Shown here in pieces: positions 12,215-26,220 of a stretch of DNA of 64,000 nucleotides. A model generated the notes under the pieces. That model was given only the letters and a program-made list of their open reading frames with translations. It made no database searches and had not been told where the DNA came from. Source of the DNA: Zootoca vivipara (taxonomy: Eukaryota). Each line of letters starts with the position of its first letter. Position 1 is the stretch's first letter. The stretch is from the NCBI RefSeq assembly GCF_963506605.1, contig NC_083283.1:83328001-83392000 (forward strand), given 5' to 3'. A program made the position numbers and the translations under genes.

Positions 12215-12255
12215 TGGCCAACACTGACACTTGGAGGACTACTGAAGGAACTGCA
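12215..12255 (-). promoter_or_regulatory. CSE / CTCF-site promoter element of V3 (core CAGT)
   Basis: Minus strand TGCAGTTCCTTCAGTAGTCCTCCAAGTGTCAGTGTTGGCCA. Confidence 0.8.
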
Positions 12256-13001
12256 TTTTGTTCTATGAAAATAGACGGAGTTAAATAAATGTAGATGTTT
12301 CTACAGCACATACTGTACCTTCCATTCTGCTCACTGAGTGGAGCATTTGAGAAACTTTTCCTTGGTGTTCTTTCTTAGTGTACAGCTACCCTCATTCATG
12401 TTCGTGGATTTTCAGTACTGTGAAAATTTGGGTCGTATCTGATACTGCACTTACATGAAGGTTATGCACATCTTCATTTTTTATTGGAAATATGGAAACA
12501 TTATCATTAATATATAAGATATCCAGTTACATAGTAAAACATTTTCTTAAAATTAATGTCATAAGATAATAGTTATGCTATATTAGCACAAGAGCTGTAA
12601 GTCTACAGCATTTTTTCCTTAAATATAATTAATATAAGCACCCTCCTGAAATTATTCTCTTTTTTTATCTCTCCTAAGTTGTTGGATGTCTGTCTATCCA
12701 CATTTATGGAACAGAGCACAAGTTCTTCTCAGTGTTGAGTAGGAATTCCAAGAGTTACTTACTATTCCAAGAATTCTCTCTCTGTCTATTTAGGATAAGA
12801 AGCAACACATGCAGCTTCTGTCTAGACAGCACTAGGAAGTAAATGTCTGTTTGCTGGTATTGGTTCTACATCAGACTCTGCCGCCTGCCTCCTACATGCT
12901 GGTGCCATACAAATGTCCTTGCTTAGCAGTTGCTCCCCTGTGACCAAAGCAGGAATCCGCAGAAGTGGGAACAATGGCAGTAGCTTCTCTACCAGCAGTA
13001 A

Positions 13002-13158
13002 AAAAAAGGTAAAGGACCCCAGGACAGTTAAGTCCACTCAAAGGCGACTATGGGATTGCGGTGCTCATTTTGCTTTCAGGCTAAGGGAAAGCAAACAGAC
13101 AGCTTTCTGGGTCATGTGGCCAGCAGGACTAAACTGCTAGTGGTGCAATGGAACATGG
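13002..13158 (-). mobile_element. Sauria SINE (Squam1) 3' fragment
   Basis: AAAGGTAAAGGACCCC..GTTAAGTCC..AAAGGCGACTATGGG..ACAGACAGCTTTCTGGGTCATGTGGCCAGCA matches the Sauria SINE 3' end as recalled from lacertid genomes. Confidence 0.7.
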
Positions 13159-13629
13159 CGGAAGCTAGGCATGATCCAACAGGATAAAATGTTTGTTGGA
13201 TACTTTACACGTGCGCTCATTATGATAATAGCATTATGAAGTCTGGCAACTGAGAACAGTGGAAAGACAAGAGGTGTTAGAAGAAATCAACCAGTGTCTA
13301 ATTGAAAGAGTATATGATAGAGGTTTTATTAGAAAATAACTAAAGTAATTTACTTTCATTTTGTACACATTAAAGGTTATAACTCTTCTTATTGCTCCAT
13401 AGAACAGCCTACAGTACCATAAACCCAGTCTGGCGATGTGTATCCTATTCAAATATTTTTGCCTGGCATATATCCCCTTGAAAGTGGAACCCCATTGAAC
13501 AGAATTTACATTTCCTAGTGATCACAACCAGAGTGCTGCCTAATTTTCAACATGCTTCCAGTTTTTCATCTGCTAGTCTATCACACAGAAACATTGCACA
13601 CAATTCTATTTCATTATAACACAAAAAAA

Positions 13630-14800
13630 CATAAGAAGAGCCCTGCTGGATCAGGCCAGAGGTCTATTGAGTCCAGCATCCTTTCTCCCACGGTGGCCAA
13701 CCAGAAGCTTCTCAGAAGCTCTGCCCTTGGTCCACATTCAGAGGTGACATAATATAGCCAACATGACAATGAATTTTTTTCTAATCCCCTTTTAAAGCCA
13801 CCCAAGTAGGTGACCATCATTGCATCTTGTGGTAGTGATTTCCATTGTTTGTTTGTTTAAATAAGTAAATTATTTAGAAATGGTTTATATCAAAACAAAA
13901 TGGCTGGGTATACAGTTATCATTAAATTTCTATTATGAACTCAAATAAAGCATTTAGCCTTCATAAAGATCCCAATAAAGTATGTGGGTCTGCATTATCC
14001 TGAACTTCATTGCACCAATAAATTATGAAACAAAAACACAGAAAGTTATCAGACTGCCTCCCCTCTATGATTCTTACTGTATTAATTAGTTGAACCATTG
14101 ATAAAATATTCCATGGTGTAGTAATCCATTTCCCTAAAGTTAGTGTTCTTAGCCCCTGTCCCCAATTGTAACAAATACTTGCTCTGGGCACAATGACTTT
14201 TGGAGTAATTATCTGACTTCTGTTGTACTACATCCTTAAAGTAATCATATAAAACAATGAGAGGATCCAATGGCAAAGTGCATCCTCTTATTCTTTCAAT
14301 TTCCCTTATCATGTCCACCCACAAATTCTTAATTTAGGGACATGCCTCCCAAATATATTGCATCCTAGCATTGGTTGAATTGTACTTCCAACATAATTAT
14401 TTCCTGTACTATAAATGTGACGAAGCCACAGAAGTGTCATGTACCATCAAAAAATAAACTTATACAAGTGTTCCTAAAGAGTCACACTAATTGTTTGCTG
14501 CCATATCCGTTTTCACTGATCTGTTGTTGCAATTAGTTGTCAACAAGCAATTCCATAGTTTATGCATTGTATGAAGGTCTTCCTTTTACCTGTTCTGAAT
14601 CTCACAATGTTCAGCTTCTTCCAATGGCCACAGGCTCCGGTAATATGGGGGAGGGGGATCTCGCTATTCATTTTCTCAACCTCACTCATAATTTTATACA
14701 GCTGTCTCACTTCCCTTCTTCCTTGTCTTTTATCTAAACTAAATATCCCTATAGAGGTTGTTGCACCCATTGATCATATTGGGGGCCTTTCTCTGTGCTT
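13630..14800 (-). mobile_element. CR1 3' fragment with nested L1 ORF2 C-terminal fragment (~13850-14480)
   Basis: CR1 tail ATAAGAAGAGCCCTGCTGGATCAGGCC..GTCCAGCATCCT..GTGGCCAACCAG. Minus strand ~14250-14400 translates LCWKYNSTNARMQYIWEACP*IKNLWVDMIREIERI (L1 zinc-knuckle region). CR1 ORF2-like sequence resumes at ~14500. Boundaries approximate. Confidence 0.65.
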
Positions 14801-15298
14801 GCTGTATTTCACACACTTCTTTTTATGAATCCTCCAGAGAAGCCCCACACAGTCCAAAATTATACTACAAATACCCAGGAAGCATTGACATTTTATGCAG
14901 TCTTCAGTTAAGCTGATCATAACAAGACAAATAACCTGTACTTTGTGTGAGTGAAAAAGTACAAATCCATATTTTTAATACTATGAGGGATGTATAAATA
15001 ACTATATATTTATGGTGACATGCTAATATCCCACAGGAAGACTGAACACTCAAGCTCTATGCAGCATGCTTTAATTCCTGAGATGAAGACTCACTCTGCC
15101 ATTATTTGTATTATTCAGAATTTATGCTGTGTCTACCATTGCAATTTAAAAGCTACTTATAGGAAAAGTTTTTCACAATCGGAAAAACTACTTCTAATAC
15201 TGTAATTTCATTTTCCTGACCCCCTTATATAGTAAACCGGAATAAAAATATTAGTTTTATTCCTATAAGGATAGGCTGTTTCTGAAAGCAAAGCTTAC

Positions 15299-17728
15299 CT
15301 GCTCACCAACCTCCTCTTTGGCATTGGCATCCCCAATGTTGCCATCCACAAGAACCACCTGAGAGCTATCATTGCATAGCAAGTTTTCTGCCCCCTGGAT
15401 ATGGGGTTTTGGGAAAGAGATCTGCTCTTTCCTCATTTCTGACGATAGGCAGAGTTGGTAGGAATAAGGTAAAGTGCCTTCTTCATAGTTTGGTGGAAAT
15501 ATGACCTGCGCCTTAGAAAAAGCATTAGGTTCAAAGCATTGGAATAATTTGGGATTTCCTGATTGTCGAAGTTTCATGACAATGACCAGTATCACCGTCA
15601 GGAGGAATAAAAATGAGATCAATGCCAAAGCCAGCACCAAGTAAAACTGGAGGTCAGAATGATGCTCTGTGTCACTGGACTGCCTAGTCATTTCTGGAAG
15701 TGCCTCTTGGAAGTTCTCGGCAATCACAAGGTTGAGGACCACAGTAGCTGAAAGCGGAGACTTCCCATTGTCCTTCACCAAGATGACCAGCTTCTGCTTC
15801 ACAGCATCTTTCTCCAGAAGGGCTCGTGACGTCCTGATCTCTCCTGTGTGGGTCCCAATGGTGAAGAGGGCCGGCTCCGTGGCCTGCAGCACTTGGTAGG
15901 AGAGCCAAGCATTGTGCCCAGAGTCCGCGTCCACAGCCACCACTTTGGTCACTAGGTAGCCTGGCTCTGCTGAGTGAGGAACCATCTCAAACAAGGCAGA
16001 GCCCTCAGCGCCTGGGAGAGGATACAGAACCCGAGGGCTGTTATCGTTCTGATCCAAAATGTACACCCACATGGTGGTGGTGTTGCTGAGAGAGGGAGAG
16101 CCGCCATCTTGGGCCTTCACTTGGATCTGAAACTCCCTGAATTGCTCATAGTCAAAGGAGCGCTGTGCATAGATAGTTCCCGTCTCAGAGTTGATGGAGA
16201 CATAAGAGGAGAGAGGCAGCTCCTCCATGTTGCTGTTGAGGATGGAGTAAGTGATACGTGAGTTGCGGTCTAGATCCGGGTCCGAGGCTTTGATGGAGAA
16301 AATGGAGGCACCTGAGGGATTGTTTTCTGGCACAAAGACACTGTAGGTTGATTTTTCAAAGGCAGGGGGGTTGTCATTGATGTCTGAAATCTGCAGGGAG
16401 ATGGTTTTGTTGGAGGAGAGAGGGGGGCTACCTTTGTCGGTGGCTGTGATTGTGATGTTGTATCCTGAGGCTTTTTCTCTGTCCAAAGGACTGTCTGTGA
16501 GGACTTTATAGTAGTTTCTTGAAGCTGACACTATTTTAAATGGTACATTACCTTGTAGATGGCACGTAATTTTTCCATTTTCTCCAGAATCTTTATCCTT
16601 TACATTGATGAGAGCAATTAGTGTTCCAGAAGCAGAGTCTTCGGGAATTGGACTAGATAAGGAGGCCACGATGATCTCTGGAGCATTGTCATTCTCATCT
16701 ATAATCTTTATATCAACATTACAGTGAGCCACTAATCCTCCTCCATCTCTTGCTTCTATTGCCATAGTGTACTTCTCTGTTTCCTCAAAGTCAAGGGTCT
16801 CCTTAATTGCAATTGTTCCACTTTGTGGATCTAGTCTAAATTTCTCATAGACTTTTTCTGGGACTTTACTGAATGTGTAACTGATCTGACCATTTGAACC
16901 TTGATCCCTATCAGAGGCTTTTACTTGGAGTATGGGGGACCCCACAGGAGAATTTTCTCTCAGGCTAACTGTATAAACCTCTTGAGTGAAGACCGGTGGG
17001 TTGTCATTGGCATCTGTGACATTAATCCATACCTGAGCAGTCCCAGTTTTTCTGGGTTCACCTCCATCCACGGCCATAAGAATCAACTGCAGGGAGTGCT
17101 CACTTTCCCGATCCAAAGGTTTCTGCAGCACCAACTCTGCATATTTATGGCCATCTGGACTGTGTTTAATTTCTAATACAAAGAACTGATTTAGGCTTAA
17201 CTGGTAGTTTTGGAGAGCATTAATCCCAATATCAGCATCTTCAGCTTTCCCAAGGAGAAATCTAGCACCTGGCAATGTGGATTCAATTATTTCAAGTCTA
17301 ATATTGGCTTCTAGAAATTGTGGGATGTTATCATTAATATCCTGGATTGCTACGCTTACATGGAAAACATTCAATGGCTTTTCAATCACAGCTTCAAAAT
17401 CAATAATGCATTGTGTGCTCTCTCTGCACATTCCCTCACGATCTATCCTCTCATTCACATACAGGTTTCCATTTTCAGCATTGATAGTGAAATATGGCTT
17501 TTTACCTTCAGAAATGATATGCAGGTTTCTATTCCTCAGTTCTCTGGCATTTAGTCCCAAATCCTTGGCAAGATTTCCCACCAAAGACCCCTTTGCCATC
17601 TCCTCAGGGATGGAATAGTTAACCTCTTCCAAAACTGCTCCACAAAACAAAGATGATAATATCAGAAGGGTCATATGCCTTCCTGGTGTTTGCAAGCTCT
17701 CTCCATGAAGGATTCCTTTCCTCTTCAT
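15299..17728 (-). CDS. PCDHGB: V4: protocadherin gamma-B-type variable exon, subtype Y (810 codons), close paralog of V2
   Basis: ORF 15263..17752, first ATG at 17728. Donor CAG|GTAAG at 15299/15298. Confidence 0.93.
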
Positions 17729-17954
17729 TTTCTTCTTCTCTTTGATGAGCACAAGATTTCAGATTTCCACCAAGACAGGAGTAAAAAAAGAATTGGATCC
17801 TTTGGCGTAATTTAGATATGCTGCAGTGTTTTCCTTTTTTCAGCTGAAACGTTTGTTCCAGCATCTGCTGGTATTCCCGATGTGCAGTTTGGGACAAAGA
17901 AATCGCTCTGCAATAAGCATCAGTGGAACTTCAGCTGCCCTTGGATTGCCGCCT

Positions 17955-17995
17955 TGTCCAACAGTGACACTGTGAGTCTGAAACAGAGAACTGCA
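17955..17995 (-). promoter_or_regulatory. CSE / CTCF-site promoter element of V4 (core CACT)
   Basis: Identical to the V2 element. Confidence 0.85.
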
Positions 17996-19837
17996 ATCTT
18001 TCCCCAGTGATTTTTCTCCCCTAATTCATGACATGGCATGGTGGTGTTTACATTCAATGACCCAAACTATATTCTGATACAGGATATGTGAATATGTCTG
18101 TTATAAAGTGTTATCTGTTCACCATTATAATAGGTTAAAAGAAACCAGCTTTAAATGAGTATTTACAGCAAAGAAAAAGCAGTAATGAATTTATAGCACT
18201 ATTTCCACCCTCTAATCTTCATCCAAGCAAATTAATGTATTTATAAAATGCTTCTTTAGAAAAATCAGACTGCAGTATGAGAATGATATTTATAATCATC
18301 ATTTATAATAATTTATAATAAAAGACTTTTAAACAAAGTTAAAAAAATTGTACAGTATTAGGTATTTACAGGCATCTTAGACTGTGTATGGATAGCCTAA
18401 GGACGTGTCTGAAAATTGTGTTTATCTTTACATAATTTCACTGAAAATAGTGCTACATCTCAAGTCCTAGTTTGTCACTTTATGCCCACACATTTTCTGG
18501 TTTGTTTGTGTAGTTTTCTCCTTTAGCAGATGTACTGTGTCAGTATTTACCTTTGCCATTTTCCCCACCTGCCCATTTGTCCAGTTACAATAGACACTTT
18601 GCTGATTTCATTTAGTTTGTGGTGTGTGCTTTTGACCTTATACAACACCCCAGCTATTTCACAACCACTCAGATATGGGCCAACCCCTCTACATATGCAA
18701 ACAATATGAAGATTCCAATTTGCCAGGGCAAAAAACGCACCAGAAAGCTACTCAGAAATCTCTACAGTCCTTTCAGTAATTTGGAAAGCTGCACATGGTA
18801 TCCAGCTGTCAATGCAACTTCATTTAATCAAGGAACAAAACTGCATGCATAAAATCCTGAATGCTAAATAATAGAATCTTTTGAAGTGCCAACATTGGTA
18901 GGGTTGAAAAGAGGTGTGCCTGCCTGGGTGGATTGGGAGCATGACAGGATGGACCAGGGGAAGGCTTGGATCTAAAGGATTCACTGCCTTCGCAGTCCCA
19001 TGACACCCCTTCTCCCATCAACTAGGGAAGAGAATAGCATAGCATAGCAGACATGGTTTAGTTCCTTTCCTTTGCTCCAAATAGGTGAGAATAGCTTGTT
19101 TGTTTGAAACTGGAAAAGGATGGAAAATTTCAATTCCTAGGCTTCTTGTTAGGGGGTGACCCAAGGGACTGAAGCCCTGGGTGGTATGTGCTGGACCCCA
19201 AATCTTCTGAGCTTTCCCCTCCATTTTTAAACTTCTTTTTCTTTGTTTACTTGGTAGCTGAGTACACTGAAATTGTCAGTCATGGGCCTGTGCCCTCATT
19301 CCTTCCAGCAGCTAGCAACAACCCTGGCAAGAACACTCCTCCATCCTCACATCTTCCCTACTGGCCATGAGCCCAGCAGGGAGTTGGAGGGGGTGGTTCA
19401 TTGCAGGCTTAAGTGACTCAAGTACCTGCTAAGATATCCCACAATGCTATGATCAGAAATACAGTTATCCGTTTATTCATACATTCATCCCATGTAAGCA
19501 GCATAGCTAACATGTTGGTAGAGCAGTTCAAGAATTCAACATGCTTCGTGTATATTGAGCTCTCATGTAAAAAACAAAACTGAGAACCAAGAACTCCATG
19601 GTATGAAGTCTGCCTCTGACAGGAACTCACTTATATAAAAACTATAAGTTAATGTGTCAAATCCAGACTTTGCCATACTTAGAGTAGCCCCACTTAAATA
19701 CATTGGACTTAAATTAGTCTTGCTTGACTAAAACTTAGTCCAAGGATAACTAATTCTGGATTTGACCCATTATATGCAATGTCCTTTGAAACTTAAAAAT
19801 ATTGTATACATGGTAAGTATCATTATCATTCTGTTAC

Positions 19838-20115
19838 ATCCAACTCCCAATAGACTGTGATCTACTCACAGTATAAAAAAAACTGGCAGTGATCTACCTA
19901 TTGTCATAAAAAGATTGGCAGTGATCTACCCAAAGTTGTGGAGCTTTTTAGTAAGCCAAAGTTGTGGAGCTTGAGCTTTTTTTTAGTAAGCCAAAGTTGG
20001 GTGGGGTTTTTTTTTTTTTTGCTTTTTTGTAAGGAATTCACTAAGGGGCAAGAGGTCAACGAGGAGCGCCCCACGATCTACCAGTAGATCACAATCTACC
20101 TGTTGAACATGCCTG
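19838..20115. mobile_element. Degraded non-autonomous DNA transposon (hAT-like) with internal tandem duplications
   Basis: Repeated subterminal GATCTAC motifs. Right end CTGTTGAACATGCCTG. Internal repeats TGGCAGTGATCTACC x2 and CCAAAGTTG x3. Left TIR and TSD not clear. Confidence 0.5.
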
Positions 20116-22142
20116 CGAAATCATGTGGCAGAAATACATAACACAGGCAGTGCAATCTGGCAGGTAGCAGTATTGAAAAAACTTACATGGAAACTGAAGA
20201 TAGCAAGAGGCCAGGGGAAATGATAACTTTTATGCAGTCTTGGGTGACTTTATATATTATACAACAATGAAGCATGTGGCAGAACGGTGCCTATGGCCCA
20301 CAGCACAGTTTGGTGTGCATGAAGCACATATTTTAATTTTAATTTTTGTCCTTCCCTCTTGCCTTTGTATAAACCCTGCAGACCAGCACTGCTGCTGATA
20401 CAATATATCTATTTTTGTTGTGGACAATAGTTAAAGAGATGGAGGTTATTACGTACCATTTTGTTTTTTGTTAAGATTGAAATGATATTAGAATATACAC
20501 TTTGGCAAAGCTCTGTGGAGTATTCGATGACGCCTGTTTGACTGTATGTAGTTGTTTTATTTTTGTTTTAAATAAATAAAATTTAAAAATAAATAAATGC
20601 ACAATGCATGCATTTAACAAAACATCTCACAGTATCTGTCCGCCTGCCTGTCTTTCAGACAGTTGTTTAGAAAGAGCTTTAATGCAATGTGGTTTCACTT
20701 AAAGGAATACGGGGGCTGGAAATATCCACAATCTACTCTAGAAGGCCAGCCAGCCAGCCAGTCAATCTGTCTTGACTTGACTTTTTTTTTACATCACTCA
20801 TGCAGAAACACATATGCCTTTATTGAACCCCACCTTACAGAAAACAAAACATGACTGATTTATGTTTTCCTACCCACAAATTCCAGAATGCAGAGATATG
20901 GTGAATGGATTTGACCATGGAGCACAATCTCATTTATTTACAAGTCTGATCTGATTTCTACCAAGTTGAAGGCCTTCCTTCCTAGTCACAATGAATGGGT
21001 GACCCCACTCTGGACCTAAGCATGGGATCCATACTGAAACTGGTATTTGCTCTTCACTCAATTTTGTGTAGAAGAGGACATTTAAACACCAGGAGCTGGT
21101 AAATCTTAGGGGCAATGATAATTAGTTCTCCTTCCCAGATCCACCCAAGCTAGTAAGGATGCTATGAGGCTAAGCATCCTTTTATGTTATGTTGCGCCCA
21201 CTCTAGGTGCCTTATGGTTTCTAACTTACATAGAACATGTGCATTGTGGACTATTTAAATGGCGTCTAGATGTAGCTAGGCTTTAATTCTTCACACTCTG
21301 AATTTTAATACTGAATTCCAGTATTAAAATTAGAAAAATGTGTGGACTAAACCAATGTAGATGTCATCAGTTTTATAATGCAATTCAATCTGATGTTTCT
21401 GGAACTTTCCTCTGCATCGAATGAAACATGGAATCTCTAGATCTGAACTCTGTATAAATACTTTATACAACGATGTTTAATGTGAATTGTAGGAAGCAAT
21501 TCATTGTATAATTTTTAAGTGAAATTATATAAACAACATAATTCACACCCATAACCTAGATTCAAACAATCTACTGAAGTTCATGGAGCTGCAGTTCACT
21601 AAAATTGAAAACTGACACAGTATAAATGAACAAATTTATAATTAACTTGATTTTATGGAGAAGGAAGTAAAGCATAATTTACAGACACCTCTCAAAAGTG
21701 TATGTCTTAAAATCTATTGCTTTTTTTAAAAAATTGCTAGTAATACTAATAACAATGATAGTATTTTCCGCTACCTTGATTCATAGCAGCTACATACCTT
21801 GATTCTACAGCCAGAATTGCTGCACAGTAGCCCCCCCCCCCAAGCCAAGTAATGTGCAAAAACAAAGTTCTTTTCCTCACTTTATTTAATTTAATGAAAG
21901 TAGTTTAAGGTCAACTCCTCAAAATACTAGTTGCTCAAATGACAAGAAGATAAGTAGTTATACCAGATGGAAAAGGATGCATTCTGATTCATAAAAGCCA
22001 AATGATGTAAGAGCCAAACTATTCATTTATATGATGAAAAACAAAAAGGAAGTCACATTAGCTGGATAAAAGGCACTCTGACAATGTCACTAATGGCAAA
22101 GAATGATGGATAACGGCATTTAATTTCAGAAAAAAACCTTAC

Positions 22143-24566
22143 CTGTTCTCCATTATCTACTGCAGAATCAAAATTGTTTCCACTGTTGCCTGTAAAAGGC
22201 ACAGCAGGTTTCTCACTGCCAATAATATGGTCTACCATCTGAACATTGGGTGTCAGGAAGGCAAACTCATTCTTCCTGGTCTCAGAAGACAGACACAGCT
22301 GGTAGGAATAGGGCAAAGTCCCATCTTCAAAGTTGGGTGGGAAGATGGCCCCATTCTTGGAATGGGGAACAGGACCAAAGCAGTGTAGGAACCTGGGATG
22401 CCCTGATTGACGGAGCTTCATGGTAACGGCCAGAATGACAGTCAAGAGGAACAAGAAGGAGATCACAGCTAAGGCCAGCACCAAGTAGAACTGCAGGTCA
22501 GACTGATACTCCGAGCTGCTGGGCTGGCTCTTCATTTCCGGAAGGGCCTCCTGAAAGTTCTCAGCAAACACCAGGTTCAGAGTAATGGTGGCCGAGAGAG
22601 ACGGCTGCCCGTTATCCTTCACCATGATGACCAGTCTCTGTTTCACAGCGTCTCTCTCCACAAAGGCCCTGGCGGTCCTGATCTCTCCAGTATGAGAGCC
22701 AACCGTGAAGAGTGCTGGCTCAGTGGCCTGCGCCAGGTGGTAGGAGAGCCAGGCGTTGTGTCCAGAATCTGCATCCACGGCCACCACCTTGGTGACAAGA
22801 TAATCTGCCTCGGCCGAACGAGGCACCATCTCAAACAAGGCTGAGCCCTTGGCTTCTTGTGAGGGGGACAGGATACGAGGGCTGTTATCATTCCGATCGA
22901 GAACAAACACCCTGACGGTGACATTGCTGCTGAGAGGGGGAGAACCCCCATCTTGGGCCTTCACTTGCAGCTTGAACTCTCTGAATTGTTCATAGTCAAA
23001 GGATCTCTGGGCATACATGGTGCCGGTCTCAGAATTAATGGAGATATAGGAGGAGATGGGAAGCTCCTCAATGTTGCTGTTGAGGATGGAGTATGTGATC
23101 CGTGAGTTCTGATCCATATCGGGATCAGAGGCTTTGATGGTGAAAATGGAGGCACCTGAAGGATTGTTTTCTGGCACGTAGATGCTGTAGGATGGTTTCT
23201 GAAATGTAGGGGCATTATCATTGATATCTGAGATCTGTAGTGAGATTGTTTTGTATGTGGAAAGAGGTGGAGTTCCTCTATCAGTGGCTGTGATTGTAAT
23301 ATTATATGCTTGAGCTATTTCTCTGTCCAGGAGACTGTTTGTCTGGAGCTTGAAGTAATTGTCTGATGAGGGAAGAATTTTGAAGGGTAAATCATCTTGT
23401 AAATAGCAAGTAACCTTCCCATTATCTCCACTATCTTTGTCATTCACATTGATCAGAGCAATAACTGTTTCTAGCAGAGAATCCTCAGGAACAGGGCTGA
23501 ACATGGAAGCTAAAGTCACCTCTGGGGCATTATCATTCTCATCAAGCACAGTTATTTCAATGTTGGATTGTGCCACCAATCCACCACCATCTTTGGCTTC
23601 TACTGCCATGGTATATTCTTTAGTTTCCTCAAAGTTGAGCAGTCCCGTAAGAGTGACTATGCCATTAATTGGATCCAAACTGAATTTCTTGTGGGTGTTT
23701 GCTGCTATGTTGCTGAATTGATACCTGATCTGAGCATAAGAGCTTTCGTCTTTATCTGTGGCTACAACCTGGAGCACAAGTGACCCAACAAGAACATTTT
23801 CAGGTAAACTGACTTTGTACACCTCCTGAGTGAAAACAGGTGGATTGTCATTGGCATCTGTGACATTAATCCGTATCTGGACAGTCCCAGTTTTTCTTGG
23901 TTCACCTCCATCAAAGGCTGTGAGGATCAAGTGAACAGTCTGTTCACTTTCTCGATCCATAACTTTACTTAGTACTAATTCTGCATATTTATTTCCATCT
24001 TTTCTCTCCCTTACTTCCAAGGTGAAGTACTGGTTTGAGCTCAGCTGGTAATTCTGGAGAGAGTTCATCCCAATATCAGGATCTTCTGCTTTCCCAAGGA
24101 GAAATCTGGTTCCTATAACAGTTGATTCTATGATCTCCAAGTTGATTATATCACTGAGGAAGTGTGGTGCATTATCATTAATATCCTGTATAACTATTCT
24201 TATATGGAAAACATTTAAAGGATTTTCCATCACCACTTCAAAATTAATAAGACAGAGTGGAGTTTTGTCACATATTTCTTCCCTATCAATTCTGTCATTC
24301 ACATAAAGATTTCCATTGTCTGCACTTATACTGAAATACTGCATTTTGTTCACAGAGGCAGCATGCAGATTGCGCCTTCCTAGATCTCTGGCATTTAGTC
24401 CCAAATCCTTGGCGAGATTCCCCACAATCGAACCCTTTGCCATCTCCTCAGGGATGGAATAGTGAATTTGCTGCTCTGTGGCAGCCCAGCAGGAGAAAGG
24501 CAAAAATAAGAGAAGCAGTACTTGCCTTCTGAGTGTTCTGCCATCCTCTTTCTGCCTTCTGTCCAT
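22143..24566 (-). CDS. PCDHGB: V5: protocadherin gamma-B-type variable exon, subtype X (808 codons)
   Basis: ORF 22053..24566. Donor CAG|GTAAG at 22143/22142. Confidence 0.94.
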
Positions 24567-24831
24567 CTAGATCACTGAGAATTTTTCTGCCTCCTTTTCT
24601 GCAGCTTGTAGTGACCAGATCAGTTTCTCAATAGGACAGAGGAAATCTCTATAAGTAAATATAAACTGCCTTCCTTCTTAAAATTGTGAGAATTGGGAGC
24701 CTTTCCCTTTTTTCAGCCGGACTGCAATGCCTTTGCGTTTTTCTTTTTGCTCAGTCTGTATAGAACTGATGAAACACTCACTTTGTAGCAGAAGCATAAC
24801 TAGATCTCCATCCATTTTTCTGGGACCACGT

Positions 24832-24872
24832 TGGCCAACAGTGACACTCTGAGGCTCAGAGAGAGAATTGCA
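24832..24872 (-). promoter_or_regulatory. CSE / CTCF-site promoter element of V5 (core CACT)
   Basis: Minus strand TGCAATTCTCTCTCTGAGCCTCAGAGTGTCACTGTTGGCCA. Confidence 0.85.
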
Positions 24873-26079
24873 AATGTTTTGTTATGAAAATAAAAAGCAG
24901 AAATACTACCAGTATGATCATATCTTTGTGTTCCAGGAAAAAGGACAACTGAAAGTGTGTCTATAAGTCATAAATTTGAGAATGCCCTCCTTTGGTTCTT
25001 TGGAAATTAATACTTCATTGCTTTTTAGATTCTTTCATGCAGGCCGATGACTTTTAATGTCTTAGAACTGCTACTGTGACTATGAAGAGAACTTTCAAAA
25101 TCCATGGTCAGGCAATACCTTCATTATTACCAACCAACATGTCACGAATTCTAGCTCCTGAATTTGTAATATCAGAAATTTCTAGAGATGTATTATTTTT
25201 AAAAAATAATTCTGTTTGTAGAAGCTCATACTTTATTGGACACTTCTGCCTGACCAGAGATCTCTCTCTGTAACCATTTTGGGAAGATTGAATGGCGTTT
25301 AGGCTGGAACTAGAAGTTATTCGCAAAGGATGTGTGGCTGGTGGCAAAAGCAGCAATTCTGTGTCTCCCCCTCTCACCAAAAGAACTCGAAATAAAACAA
25401 AAGGTGTGACATGGTGCCATTGCTTTTAAAGCTTCGCCACCCATGCATGTGGCAACCAATGAAGTGAGGAAAATTGCAACAAGGTTCACTAGATGTTACA
25501 GATTAGAGAAAAGGAGAAGATGTGGGGTGGCTGCTTTTGGCATTGACATAGTATTTTTCTGCATGGGACTGTCTCAGATGGGCATTGAGGGCAAAGCGGT
25601 TTCTAACGCTAGTGGGACAAGCAGCCAATAAACCCAACCACCCACGTATGTACTTCTCTTACTTTGTGACTTTACCAAATACTTGTGTCAATGACATTGT
25701 CTGCATATCATACATATAGATTGCATGTTGCTCTGGCTTTGCCACCTTAGCATTATGGAGGATCATGAGCAATCCAGAGATCCTAAAAACTATGCTGCTG
25801 TACAGTTCTAAGATGAGACACCAGATAAGACCACATTTCCAAACAAGTGGCTCTTAGTCTCATGGAGAGATCATTCCTAGCTATGTTACTGGAGATGCTT
25901 TAACTGGAGAGGGTGAGAATTGAATCTGGGACCAACTGAGTACAACAAACTATAGAATTCCACAACTCAGCTATAGAATTCCAAGTGTGGGGGAGTAGAG
26001 ATTATTATTGATCACATGTTTATTCCACTTTTCCTCCAAGAAGTTAAAGGCAACTTAGAGGTATATGAGTGTTGGGTCA

Positions 26080-26220
26080 TTCCATTTTATCTTCTCAACA
26101 ACCCTGGAGAAAGGGCAGGCTGAAAGAGATGTGACCAACGCTGCCCAGTGAGCTTCTTTTTGGACAAGTAAGTATTTGAACTCAAGATTCCATGGTTCAA
26201 CATTCTGCCCATTGCATCAC
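26080..26220 (-). mobile_element. Ancient MIR/CORE-like SINE remnant
   Basis: TTTTATC..CAACAACCCTG..AGGCTGA..CCCAGTGAGCTTC..ATTTGAAC pattern, similar to 31210..31325. Confidence 0.45.
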
